Positions 52,903 through 64,000 of a stretch of 64,000 nucleotides of DNA are shown piece after piece; within the stretch, counting starts at the first letter, position 1, and each line of letters opens with the position of its first letter. Both the position numbers and the translations under genes were made by a program. Origin of the DNA: Lama glama (Eukaryota); contig CM052816.1 of assembly GCA_028534125.1 (NCBI GenBank), positions 67,520,001 to 67,584,000 on the forward strand, read 5' to 3'. The notes under the pieces were generated by a model. That model worked only from the letters and a program-made list of their open reading frames with translations. It was not told where the DNA came from and ran no database searches.

Positions 52903-53800
52903 TTTTTTTTTTTTTTTTTTGCTGCAAAAAGTTTTATTGTTTCCATTTGGTGCAAAGCTTGGGAGAGGGCTCCCGGGTGGTTAAAATGCTGCCCAGCAGC
53001 TGCAGAGACAGACTTCAGGCAAAAGCCCTGATACCAGAGGGGTTCCACAAAAGCCCTGATACCAGAGGGGTTCCTCAAAGGTGGCTGGGCTTCAGAGGCT
53101 CCTGGTTGTACTTGAGGGTTAGCCTTTCAAGAGGTATTCATTTAGTCTAGCCGGGTGGCCGCCAGGCTGCTAAGTTAGTCAGACGGTCACCCATCGTCTT
53201 GATGACTTTCACCTCCTCATCTAGGCAGTGGCTTTCCAGGTACTCACAGGGGTGGTAGTCAGCGGGGCAGAACCCAGAGCGTTCAGATCCCAAAGAGCCT
53301 GCTTCGGGTTCTTCTTCAGGACCACGGTGGCTTCCGTAGCATCCGGGGTTTTACCCCGCACATCTTGCGGCAGCAACTGCACATCCTGGAAGAGGGCGCG
53401 GGCGCCTCGCTGATTTTGCTTTTTCAAGAGTACAGTGCCTTCGCACTTCTCCTTGGCCAGTTTGAGGAAAATGTGGCCCGTGCCCTCCAGAGACACGTCC
53501 TCCATGTGGAAATAGAAGCACAAGAGAGAGGCAGGTGTAGGAGGCCCGCAGTTACATGTTGACCAGGTGGCTGACATTGGCCTCCACCTCGGCGGAATAA
53601 CTGACGAAAGTTGGAGCTAATGGTTGATTGGCAGTGAGGAGGTAAGCTCAAAAAATGGTGTTGGCTGGTTCTTGAGGCTGAAAATAGCTGAGTGGTTGGT
53701 TCCAAATGTTGCAACCAGGTGGTGGGCGGCTGGAGGAAGCAGTGTCCTTGCGTCTGTTCTGTCCAAACACCGTTGAAGAAAGAAACAGATCCGCGGGACT
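52903..53800 (-). pseudogene. FTL: Processed pseudogene of ferritin light chain with 5'UTR IRE, 3'UTR and poly(A)
   Basis: ORF 53221-53577 gives FYFH.EDVSLEG.GH.F..LAKEK.EG...[17 protein letters not shown] and GKTPDA.EA..VL.KN..QAL.DL.ALGSA. A shifted frame gives [16 protein letters not shown]. Start decayed to ATT (53619-53621), stop to CAG (53102-53104). AATAAA and poly(A) (T-run 52903-52920), intronless, frameshifted. Confidence 0.96.
53753..53789 (-). promoter_or_regulatory. Mutated ferritin iron-responsive element (IRE)
   Basis: Minus strand TCTGTTTCTTTC-TTCAA-CGGTGT-TTGGA-CAGAACAGA versus FTL TCTGTCTCTTGC-TTCAA-CAGTGT-TTGGA-CGGAACAGA. Confidence 0.9.
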
Positions 53801-54570
53801 GTGGATTGCATTGCTGAATGTTTCCTGTCCTTTAAGAGACGTTTTCTAGTTTTAGGGTTTACAAATTGAGAATTTAATCCATTTTGAATTAATTTTTTAA
53901 ATGATACAAAGTGTGGATGGAAAAAAAAAGAATTCATTTTTGTGTATAGGAATATCCAACAGCTCCAGCAGGCAGCATTTGTGGAAGAGACTTGTCTTCG
54001 CTGCATTGCTTTTGTTTCTTTGTAAAAAATCAGTTCATATATGTGTAGGTCTCTTTCTGGACCCGTTAGTCTGTTTCAGTGATCTATTTGTCTTTCTTGA
54101 GGACTGTAGCTTTATAATGTCTTGAAATGAGGTAGCATTTGTCCTCCAATTTTGTTTTGCTTTTTCAAAGACATTTTGGCTATTCTAGATCCTTTGCATT
54201 ACCATATGAATTTTAGAATCAGCATGTCTATTTCTACAAAAAAGCCTGCTGCATTTTGATTGGGATGTGTTGAAACTATAGATCAATTTGGGGAGAACTG
54301 ACATCTCAACAATGCTGAGTTTTTCATGAATACCATATCTCTTCCATTTATTAAAATCTTCCTTAATTTTTCTCAGCAATGTTTTATAGTTTTCAGTGTA
54401 CATATTTTGCACATTTTTTGTCAGAGTTATCCCTAAGAATTTCATATTTTTGATGCTATTTTAAGTGTACACTTTAATTCAGTTTCCAGTTGTTCATTGT
54501 TAGTGTATAGAAATACAAATGATTTTTACATATTGACCTTAAATCCTGCAACTTGCTAAACTTATGTATT

Positions 54571-55118
54571 TATTTAATTTATTTATATAATTTTAAAGGT
54601 TACTTTCCATTTACAGTTATTATAAAATATTGACTATATTCCCTGTGTTGTAAAATATACCCTTGAGCCTATCTTACACCCTGTAGTTTGTACCTCCCAC
54701 TCCCTCATCCCTATATTGCTGCTCCCCCCACCCCCACTGGTAACCACTAGTTTGTTCTCTATATTTGTGCATCTGCTTCTTTTTTGTTATGGACACCAGT
54801 TTGTTGTATTTTTTAGATCCCACGTATGATAGCATACAGTATTTGTTTTTTTCTCGGACTTAATTTCACTTAGAATAATGCTCTCCAAGTCCATCCATGT
54901 TGCTGCAAATTGCAAAATTTTCATCTTTTTATGGCTGAGTAGTATTCCATTGAATATATATACCACATATTCTTTATCCATTCATCTGTTTTGGACACCT
55001 AGGTTGCTTCCATATCTTGCCAATTGTAAATAATGCTGCTATAACATTGAGTTGCACGTATCTTTTCGAATTAGTGCTTTTGTTTTTTGAATATATACCC
55101 AGGAGTGGAATTGCTGGA
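54571..55118 (-). mobile_element. Younger L1 3' insertion nested in the old L1
   Basis: L1 3'UTR and ORF2 end (QFAATWMDLESIILSEI). Diverged TSD tgctaaacttatgtatt (54554-54570) / tgctgaactcatttatt (55119-55135). Confidence 0.85.
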
Positions 55119-56420
55119 TGCTGAACTCATTTATTAATTCGAGTACCTTTTAAATAAATTCCATCTGATTTTCTACATAGGCAATCATGTCTTCTGTAAA
55201 TAGTTTTACTACTTTCTTTCTATTACGGCAGCTATTTATTTATTTTAGTCTTATTGCACTGATTAGACCCTCCAGTATAATGTTGAATAGAAATGTCAAA
55301 GTGCGTATCTTTGTCTTATTCTTGAATTTATGAGGGTAAACATTCAACAGTCACTATTATATGTGATGTTAGCCATAGGTTTTTTGTAATTACAGTTTAT
55401 CGGATTGAAGTTTTCTTCTATTCCCAGTTTGCTGAGAGTTTTTTCTTTTGTTTATTCAAGAATTGATGAATTCTGTTAAATGCTTTTTCTGCATCTATTG
55501 AGATGATCAAATAGGGTTGTTGTTTTTCTTTTTATTTTTAGCTAAAAAAAAAAACCCTGTATGGTGAATTAACTTGATTGATAATTGAATGTTAGACCAG
55601 TTTTGCATTCTTGGCATAAGCCCCATGTAATGGGGGATACATTGGGATAAATTCCATGTAATTACAGTGTATTATCATTTTAAAATATAGTTGGATACAA
55701 TTCATACTTAAAATTTATTTGGAATTTTTGTACTTGTGTTCATGAGGGATATTGGTCTGTAGTTTTCTTTTCTTGTAATGTCTCTCTGGTTTTGGTATTA
55801 GGATTATGTTGGCCACATAGAATGAGTTAAGAAGTAGCCTGTCCTCTTCAATTTTCTGGGGAAGTTTGTATAGAATTAGTATTATTCCTTAAATATATGG
55901 TAGAAATTGGTAAAGACATCTGGCCCTGGACTTTTCTGTGGGGAGTGTATTTAACTATAAACTCAATTTGTTTAATAGATATAGGGCAATTCAAGTTACT
56001 TACTTCTTGAGTTACCTTTGGTAGTTTGTAGAATTTTTTCATTTTATTATCTAAGTTTTTGAATTTATTGGCACAAAACTATTCATAGTATTTTCTTATT
56101 ATTCTTTTAGTATCTGTAGAATCTCTAGTGATATCACTTCTCTCATTCTTCATATTGGTAATTTTTGTCTTCTTTTTCTTTTCCTGACCTATCTAGCTAG
56201 AGGTTTATTAATTTTATTGATTTTAAAGAACCAGCTTTTAGTTTTAATGATTTCTTTCTATTGTTTTTCTGTTTTCTACTTCATTGATTTCTTCTTGATT
56301 TTTATCATTTTGTCTCTTCTGCTACTTTAGATTTCATTCATTTCTTTTTTCCTAGTTTCATAAGGCAAAAACTGAGGCATTTATTACCATGAACTTCCTT
56401 CTAAGTACTATTCTAAGGGC

Positions 56421-56830
56421 TGTGTTAGATTTCCATTGCTTTGGTAACAAATTGCAAGAAAATTAATAGCTTTAAATAACATGAAATGAAAAAAAATTCC
56501 ATGAAATTGTTCTTTTAAAATTTTGGAGGTTAAGAGTACAAATTCAGGTTTTTTGAACTAATGTCAAGGTGTTGGCAGGGCTGGTTCCTTCTGGAATCTC
56601 TGAGGAGAGAATCTGTTTCCTTGCCTTTGTCATCTTCTAGTGATGCTTGTATTCCTTGGCTTGTGAGCCCTTCCTTCCACTTCAAAGTACATAACCCCAA
56701 CCTCTGCTTAGGTCATTACATTGACGTCTTCTCTGACTCCTTGTTGGTTCCTCTTATAAGAATTACTGTGATCGCACTGGTCTACTTGAATATTCAGGAT
56801 AATCTGCCCATCTCAAGATTCTTAACTTAA
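56421..56830 (-). mobile_element. MLT1 MaLR LTR
   Basis: caaggtgttggcagggctggttccttctgga...gagaatctgtttccttgcc...ccatctcaagattcttaacttaat. Confidence 0.8.
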
Positions 56831-57496
56831 TGTTATGTATGCATTTGAAAAGACTATGTTTTTGACTGTTTTGGGATGGAGGATTTTATAAACATCTATT
56901 AGGTCATGTTGATTGACAGCCCTGTTCAAGTCTTTTTCTCTATTTTTTTCTATTAATTATTGAGAAAGAGCTATTGAAATCTCTGACTGTAATTATGGGG
57001 TATCTACTGTTCTTTGCAATTCTGTTAGTTTTTGCTTCATGTTTATTTGAAACTCTGCTATTAGGTACATATCTGTTTAAGACTGTTATGTCCTTATGGG
57101 TAGATTGACCATTTACCATTAATGAATTGAATTTATATATCCCTGGCAAGATTCTTTGCTCTGAAACCTTCTTTGTTTGATATTAATATAGGTGCTCTAG
57201 CTTTTATTTTGATTAGCATCAGCCTAGTATATATCTTTTTCTTTCCTTTTACTGCTTACCTCGTGTCTTTATAACATGCATTTCTCGTAGGCACTGTGTA
57301 GTGAATCTTGCTCTTATAACAACTTGGATAATTTCTGCCTTCAAAAAAACTAACAGAATTTCTTTTTTGAGCAGTTTTGTGTTTACAGAAAAATTGAGCA
57401 GGAAGTACAGAGGGTTCCTATATATCCCTTCACTCCTGTCACCCGACTTTCCCTATTATTAACATCTACCATTAGCGTAGTACATTTGTTACAATT

Positions 57497-57940
57497 TGTC
57501 TTACTCTGCTCCAGCTGCCATAACAAAATGCCATGGGCTGGGTGGCTTGCTTAAACAACAGAAATTTATTTCTCACAGTTCTGGAAGCTGAGAAGTCCAA
57601 GATCAAGGTGCGAGTCTATTCAGTCTCTGGTGAGGACACTCTTCCTGGCTTGCAAATGTTGCCTGTTTGCTGTGTGCTGATGTGGCTTTTCCTGGTGCAA
57701 TCGGAAAGGGAGCAAGAGAGAGCGAAAGCAGGAGAGAGGGAATGAAAGAGAATGAGAGAAAGAGAATGAATCTCCTCTTCCTCTTCTTACAAGGCCACCA
57801 TTCTATTGGATTAGAGCCTCTCCCTTAGGACCTCATTTAATCTTAATTACCTCTTAAAGACCTTCTTGCCAGATATAGTCAGACTGGGGGTTAGGGCTGC
57901 AACTTATGAATTTTGGGGTGTCAAAATCCAGTCCATAACA
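57497..57940 (-). mobile_element. MLT1A/MST-type MaLR LTR
   Basis: gctgccataacaaaatgcc...tttatttctcacagttctggaagctgagaagtccaagatcaaggtg...cagtccataaca. Confidence 0.85.
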
Positions 57941-58865
57941 AAACTATGAGCCAATATGGATAATCTACCATCTTTGTCTTTTAATCAGGGTGTTTAAGTT
58001 GTGATTATTGGTATAGTTAGATTTAAATTTATCATCTTGCTATTTGTTTTGTATTTTTCCCATGGGTCCTTTGTTTCATATGAATAAGACTTCTTTTATC
58101 TGAATAAGACCTTTTTTTTGAATAAGCCTTCTTTAAGCCTAAAAGAATTCGCTGGTTTTTGTCTGCTTTCGGTGACTAGGCGTGAGGCTGGATTTTTGCC
58201 CCAGTCCATTCTTCACCTTAGTGGCTTCTCTTCTTTCACCAGCTCATGCAGCTGATGGTCTAATATGCTTTATCTCTAAAACTGACAGAAATCGGACAAG
58301 GATAATATTCAAACATTTTAGAGTGTCATTTGTAGGTTTTATAGAACTTGGTTCTACCCAGGTATTCACCTTAATTTCCCATATCCTTCTTTAGACACTC
58401 CTTATTTTCTCTTCAGCCTTCTATCTAATTGTGCTCATACCCTAAATTACTTTATCCTCAGGCTCACCTCCCTCCTGGCTTACATTTGATCATGTTTTGC
58501 CCTTTAAATACAAGTCTTTTTTTCTCACCTCTCTGAATGATGAAATCCCATGGACCCTTAACGACTCAGTTCATGTTACTTCCTTGTAAAGCGTGACCTG
58601 GCCCCTTCCCCTGCTCCACCCACAAAGAAAAAGTTTCCCTCCATGCGGTTCTCAGAGTGCTTTGTAGGTGTGTCTGTTACAGCGCTTTTCACCTTATATA
58701 TGGTAAGGTGCCTACATGTCTGTTTCCCCCACCAGGTGCTAATATTTTGAGGTGACAGAGACCATGTATTATTTTAAAGTCTCTTTCAGATTGTTCTTAT
58801 ACAAGTCAAGAATCTTGGTTGTAAAAAAAATAGATTTTGGTTTTGTTTGATTTTGCTTCCCCCTC

Positions 58866-59040
58866 TAGCTTTATTGAGGTATAATTGACAAGCAAAATTG
58901 TACCATATTTAAGGTACAACATGATGTTTTGATATATGTATACATTGTGAAATGAGTCCCACAAACAAGTTATTTAACACATCCATCACATCACATAGCT
59001 ACCTTTTTGTGTGTGTGTGGTGACAAGGCTTAAGGTTTTT
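58866..59040 (-). mobile_element. L1 3'-end fragment
   Basis: agctttattgaggtataattgaca...atatgtatacattgtgaaatga. Confidence 0.8.
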
Positions 59041-59059
59041 TGTGTTTCCATTCCACATA

Positions 59060-59522
59060 CTTAGATTTCAAGCATGGTCCCACGATTCTCAGAACTGATC
59101 AAAGTGACTCACACTGCTTAAATTTTACAAACAACATGGTTTAGGATGAACACATACTTTCCTACTGGGAGCCTGGGATTTGGGTGTAAGCTAGGCAGAG
59201 GAGGACTACATGACCAAGCCCCCAATTAACATCCTAGGCACTGAGTCTCTGATGAGATTCTCTAATAGACAACATATCACCTGTGTTGTAACAAATCCTA
59301 GCTGGGGGGATTAAGTGTGTCCTGTGTGACTCTACCGGGAAGGAAGTCTTGGAAAGTTTTAACTGATTTTCTCTGAACTTTGCCCACATGCTTCTTCTCT
59401 TTGCTGTTTATGCTTTGTATCCTTTCAGTGTAATAAATCCTAGCCATGAGGACAACCTGTGAGTCCTTCTAGCAGATCACTGAACCTAGGATGAATTTGT
59501 ACCCTCTCACTCTTGTGACACA
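59060..59522 (+). mobile_element. MER77-like ERVL LTR
   Basis: ggcactgagtctctgatgag...gtgtcctgtgtgactctac...tgtaataaatcctagccatgag...gacaca. Confidence 0.65.
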
Positions 59523-61499
59523 GATTTGGGGTTCTGATTTACGATGGATGCCACTTTCCCTTGGTAGAAGAAGAGCTTTATTGACACTTCCCTGGACAGT
59601 AGTCAGGGTCTTTCCATTTCATTATCATGGACAGAGCAGCCTTGTGAGCCATGGCTTTTGTGGGAAGCCCAAATCCTCACCTCTCATCCCTATGTAAACC
59701 ACCAGTACCCCAATTGTTGGCCTCTGAAACTTTTATTGATTTATTAAACTTCTCTTGAGAGATTTGGCTCCAACTCCTGTTTTGCATGTCTGGCACCTGG
59801 GGATTTCCTTTATTTGCTTTCAAGATTAGCATGTATTAAGTTTTTTGTTAGAGTTGTTTTTTTTTTTCACCAGCAATATTGATGCTTAAAGGTTATCCTA
59901 TTATATGAGTTCTATAAAACCTATTGGCTAGAAGTTGGAACTATATCTTTCTCATCTTGAGTCCTCTTTAGCATGGAACCTGGACCAGGTATGTAGAAGG
60001 GATGAACAAAAGAAAGTCAGGTTGATAAATGCTTTTAGCCTTCTAAGACTGAGGTCTAGGATCTCCTGCTGCAGACTGATGTCTTCAGCTCAAACAACAG
60101 GATACAAGGAAGCCACAAGGGGTCAAGAGGAGGGCACTAGGATCAAGAACAGGGCACTGGGGCAAGAGCAGGGCATGAGTGTGATTCCTGCCCACAGCAC
60201 CATGAGGGAGTTGGGCAGACCCCCCAAGCCTTCCTCCTCTGCAGCCCAACCCTGGTCAGCAAAAGCATGAGGAAAAAAAACCCTTTAAACCATTATACAG
60301 TTAGGCAGTTACAAACACCATTACAGATATCAGATGGTCACCAATGATGACTATAGGACCCTGCTCATTTACACAGAAAGTGAGTTGGGGTTGGGACTTA
60401 TGTTATATAATCTTAGACTACCCTGTATACATCTCTATCATAGTAATTGTTGTCAACACAGCAGAATAATCATTTGCACAATCATTTATTCATTATCTCC
60501 TTCAAGTATATCTGTCTTACTCATCCCAAGACCTATGATGCCAAACACTGGGTAAATATTTGCTGAATAAATGAATAGAGTCATGACATCATCCTCAGCT
60601 GGGCCTTTTTTCCCCCAATCCTTTCCTGAATCTGGATTGAACTTTGTGTGGAACCTCCAAACTCACTGACCACTCCACAGTTGCATTAATAAGCCCACTA
60701 CCCACCTCCTGTCCCCCATTTCACCTGCCTATTTATCCAGCTGTAATCAGCTGCACTGTCAGAGCAAAGGAGTGAAGATCTTTGTTTCATTCCATTTCAT
60801 TTTGTTTTTCTGTTTTCATTTTGGTTTGGCTTAGTTTTGTAATTTTCAAGCAAAGGTAGTGAAAAACATCCCAGATATAGAGAAAAATGAAAGCAAACAC
60901 CATTGTATTGATAGCTTTATAGTATTATCTCTGACACAAGGTAACCAGAGAAAAGAAATCCAAAACTTGGTCTTTCTTCCTTTTTAACCACATAACGTTG
61001 TGCCAGTCAATCACTTTAGGCCTTTAAACTTTGACCCAAGTGGTCAATGGGCAACCTTTTCTTTGTGGTTAACCTCTTAAAAAATAAGTACTGAGATAGC
61101 TGGGTTTTGGAATGTTCTATCTAAAAATTCACTGCAACATATTTACAATGAAGTATTTCTCTCCTGGTCACCATTGACAAAAATCATTTTTGTGTAAGTA
61201 ATGTTTGCTCTAAGTTGATAGACATTCTTAATTTTGACTTTTGAGGGCCAGGGTGTGATCTAAATCTGTAAAACACAGTTTTATTGGTATTCAATTAAGT
61301 GATAGGGTAAATAATATTTGTATTTAAGGAGACTTAGTACGACCATCCGTTCCTTTTAAAGAATTCCAGTTGGTAAATTTGATAAACAGACTGTTGTTTA
61401 GAATACTAGAATTTGTGGCCAGCTGTGCCCCTAATTGGGAACATTTATCAGGGTTAGTGTACTTTGTAACTCTGACTGGAGAAATTCCCAAGATGGCTT

Positions 61500-62015
61500 T
61501 TGTTTATGCATTTATTGAATATCTACTATGTGTCAGGTACTATTCTGTATACAATATGTGATGCAGAGATTCTTCTCTATTACTATAAATAATATATATG
61601 CACAAAATCTATAGCATAAGTCATAATATGATGTGTCAAAAGAGAAGTAAAGTACTAAAGAGAGTTTAGAGACAGCTGAGAAATAATTAAAGAGAGCTTG
61701 TGGTGAAGGTGATCTGAAAAATGAAGAGTATTTCAGCAGATAAAGATGGGAGTGAAGCCAAGGGAGCAGCAGCACAGCCTCAGAAAGGTCATGGCGGTTC
61801 ACTGGGACTGCTGTGGTAGGTCCACAGAGAGGAGAAGAGGATATACGCCTGGAAAAATGGGATGGGGCCAGAAAATATCGAGTATTGAATGCCAGGCTAA
61901 GGAATCTGAACTTGATTTCCCATAGGTAATAATAAGTCATTGAATAATTCTGAACAGAAAACAAACAGGAAGGCTTTGATTAGGGCAATAACATGATTAA
62001 TATTCTACATTTAAG
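61500..62015 (-). mobile_element. L2 fragment
   Basis: catttattgaatatctactatgtgtcaggtact...gaatgccaggctaaggaatctgaactt. Confidence 0.7.
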
Positions 62016-62045
62016 TTACTACTTTCCAAATCAGGTGGATCTTTA

Positions 62046-62267
62046 CTTGGAGATAAGCTGTTTTTGTTTTGTTTTTTATTTTTGCTTTTTTTTTTTAATG
62101 GGAGGCCACTGGCCTATCATTTAAGTGGCCACCCAATTCTTTTTTTGGGGGGGGTAATTAGGTTTATTTATTTATTTGTTATTTTTTAGTGGAGGTACTG
62201 GGGTTTGAACCCAGGACCTTGTGCATGCTAAGCATGTGCTCTACCACTGAGCTATACCCTCCCCTCA
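62046..62267 (-). mobile_element. Vic-1-like SINE with 3' extra sequence and second A-tail
   Basis: SINE body ~62140-62265. Perfect TSD AGGTGGATCTTTA at 62033-62045 and 62268-62280 encloses ~95 additional bases. Confidence 0.88.
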
Positions 62268-63025
62268 AGGTGGATCTTTAAAGTCATCTTGGTGAGTTTA
62301 TTTTAAAATACAAATTTGTAGGCCATACTTTTGGAGTCCTGATTCATTAAAACCTCCTGGAGATCCTGACTTTTCATTCTGATTCATCCTATTCCCAGGG
62401 GATTCAAGTCCCCTAGTGATGGTGATAACAGTGGTGACCCCCAGGGTCCAGTGGTAGCAGAGCCATTGGCCATGTTCAGTTTATAGCAGTGGTGACAGCT
62501 GCAGCAATGGCCCCCAGCCAGGCTGGCATGATCCTGGCAGCGGGCCTACGTGTTTGGACTCCATTGGTTCATACTTCATTTTTGAGCTAGGTTCTTCAGA
62601 TTTCCTGATGATAAATTTGTATTCTGCTTAGTTACCCAAAGTCTTTGTTATTTGCAGCCAAGTTCTCTGGTCAGTACAAAAACCAGGTGTTTTGGGGAAT
62701 GTCTGGTCTCTGCTCATCACCACCCCTCCTCCCCCATCTCCCTCTAACAGAAAGAAGAAAACATACAGATGATCCCTTTGTCCTCTGGAAGAAAGCCTAA
62801 CTGCCTGGTAGTAGAGTTTACCCCTGGCCATGAAATACACTGGAAAATGTCTTCAAGTGCTTAGACGTGAAAGTGAGATTTACAGCAAGCATACCCATTC
62901 CCCTTCCCCAGCCTCACTGCATTCCTCTACCTTGACATAGATTTATTTGGTGTGAATTACTTGCCTAGTCAATCAAAATTCCTTTCAACCATCTAGTGCT
63001 TTGGTATTCTAATGTCTGGATTCTT

Positions 63026-63173
63026 AAGTTTTTTCCCCCCCTCTTTTTGTGGGGGAAGGGGGATGGTAATTAGGTTTATTTATTTATTCATTTTTAATGG
63101 AGGTGCTGGGGATTGAACCCAGAACCTCGTGCATGCTAAGGACACACTCTACCACTGAGCAGTACCCTCCCTG
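63026..63173 (-). mobile_element. Vic-1-like SINE
   Basis: Reverse tRNA-Ala head. TSD ctaatgtctggattctt / ctaaagtcttgattctt. Confidence 0.9.
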
Positions 63174-63779
63174 CTAAAGTCTTGATTCTTTAGCTTCCAA
63201 CTTCTCTTAAATTTGATTCCTCAGGTTTCAGGAAAGTTGCAGCTGTGAGGCTGCCAAGACATTTTGGGAAGCAAGCAGCTGTCTACTACAGGTTTTAATT
63301 CTATTTGTTATCAAAGGTAACTTGTGTCTTTTTTTAAATCCTTATTTTCCTTAAATAGATTTTAGGAGGAAATGGAAACCCTTAGCTTAGCTGTGAACCT
63401 TCAGCCCAAGACAAGAATGTGTGATGTGAGTACATGGAGTCCAGAGCTTTTGTTTTGGAAAGGGGACTTTCTTCTCCTTCTTTACCATTTGCAGGATCAG
63501 GAACTGTAAGAATATACATTTTATTTTAAAATCAGGTCATTTATACTTCTGAAAAGATCTTCATTTTGACCTTAAGACTCTGAATGTTATGTTTTTTCCT
63601 CCAGTTGAAAATAAATGGGTTGTCAGGTATAGGCTGGAGAGGTGAGCAAGGATGGTGTTACACAGGAATTAAGAGGCTATGGTCTATTCCAGTAGGAAGC
63701 GTATCCTATGAAACAGCAAGAGTCGTAATTCCTTGGACCTGTATTCTACTCCTGAGCTGTTGTTTATCTTTCCATCACC

Positions 63780-64000
63780 TTAACAGGATCTTTTACAAAG
63801 CAAAAGTTTTTAATTTTGATGAGGTTTAATTTATCAATTTTTCCTTTGATGGATCCTGTCTAAGAATGGTGTCAAGTCTAAGAATTCTTTGCCTAGCCCT
63901 AGATTGTGAAGATTGTCTCCTTTTTTTTTTTCTAAAGGTTTTATATTTCACATTTAAGTCTGTAATCCAATTTGGGGTAATTTTTTTATATAAAATATGA
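63780..64000 (-). mobile_element. L1 ORF2 fragment running off the window end
   Basis: aagcaaaagtttttaattttgatgagg...ctaagaattctttgcctagccc. Confidence 0.8.

Larger units (their letters stand above)
51085..57340 (-). mobile_element. Long old L1 (L1MA/MB-like, 3'UTR and ORF2) hosting multiple nested insertions
   Basis: Minus ORFs give L1 ORF2 peptides (KFLGITLTKNVQNMYTENYKTLL, LPKLIYSFN, NLNCPISIKQIE, PIITVRDFNS). Continuous across the nested elements. Confidence 0.88.

Noticed and set aside
53221..53577. 118-aa ORF as a functional ferritin
   Set aside because: The true start is lost, and only the middle of the ORF is in the ferritin frame; both ends are frameshifted.
58081..58140. Three degenerate TGAATAAG.C repeats; similarly (TGTCAT)x4 at ~1753-1788
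   Set aside because: Short slippage-type duplications with no evidence of function.
1..64000. A previously undescribed multi-gene biological system or host gene identity
   Set aside because: No intact genes or recognisable exons. The content is explained by known mammalian repeats and two retrocopies, and the locus cannot be named without a search.

Overview
Mammalian, very probably camelid (alpaca/camel/llama), repeat-rich non-coding DNA (intergenic or deep intron). The taxon call rests on nine copies of a tRNA-Ala-derived SINE matching the camelid Vic-1 family. I can support no intact protein-coding gene or exon. The provided ORFs are L1 ORF2 remnants, one frameshifted ferritin fragment, or chance ORFs. 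Main content: (i) a full-length, decayed RPL7 processed pseudogene (+, ~48912-49739) that the ORF track misses, nested in a Tigger9-like transposon next to a 5'-inverted L1; (ii) a full-length FTL processed pseudogene (-, ~52903-53800) that keeps its 5' iron-responsive element with loop and bulge changes matching human hyperferritinaemia-cataract alleles, and is CpG-rich; (iii) a young 5'-truncated L1 (6346-8994) with a perfect 15-bp TSD and a 100-N gap; (iv) two solo LTRs with TSDs; (v) many older L1/L2/MIR/MaLR/ERVL/DNA-transposon fragments. I found no convincing new biological system. The best leads are local: the mutant IRE and CpG-rich FTL retrocopy, a SINE with 3' extra sequence, a motif-rich solo LTR and two palindromes. 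Repeat family names are from memory of consensus sequences, not a database search, and boundaries of old repeats are approximate.
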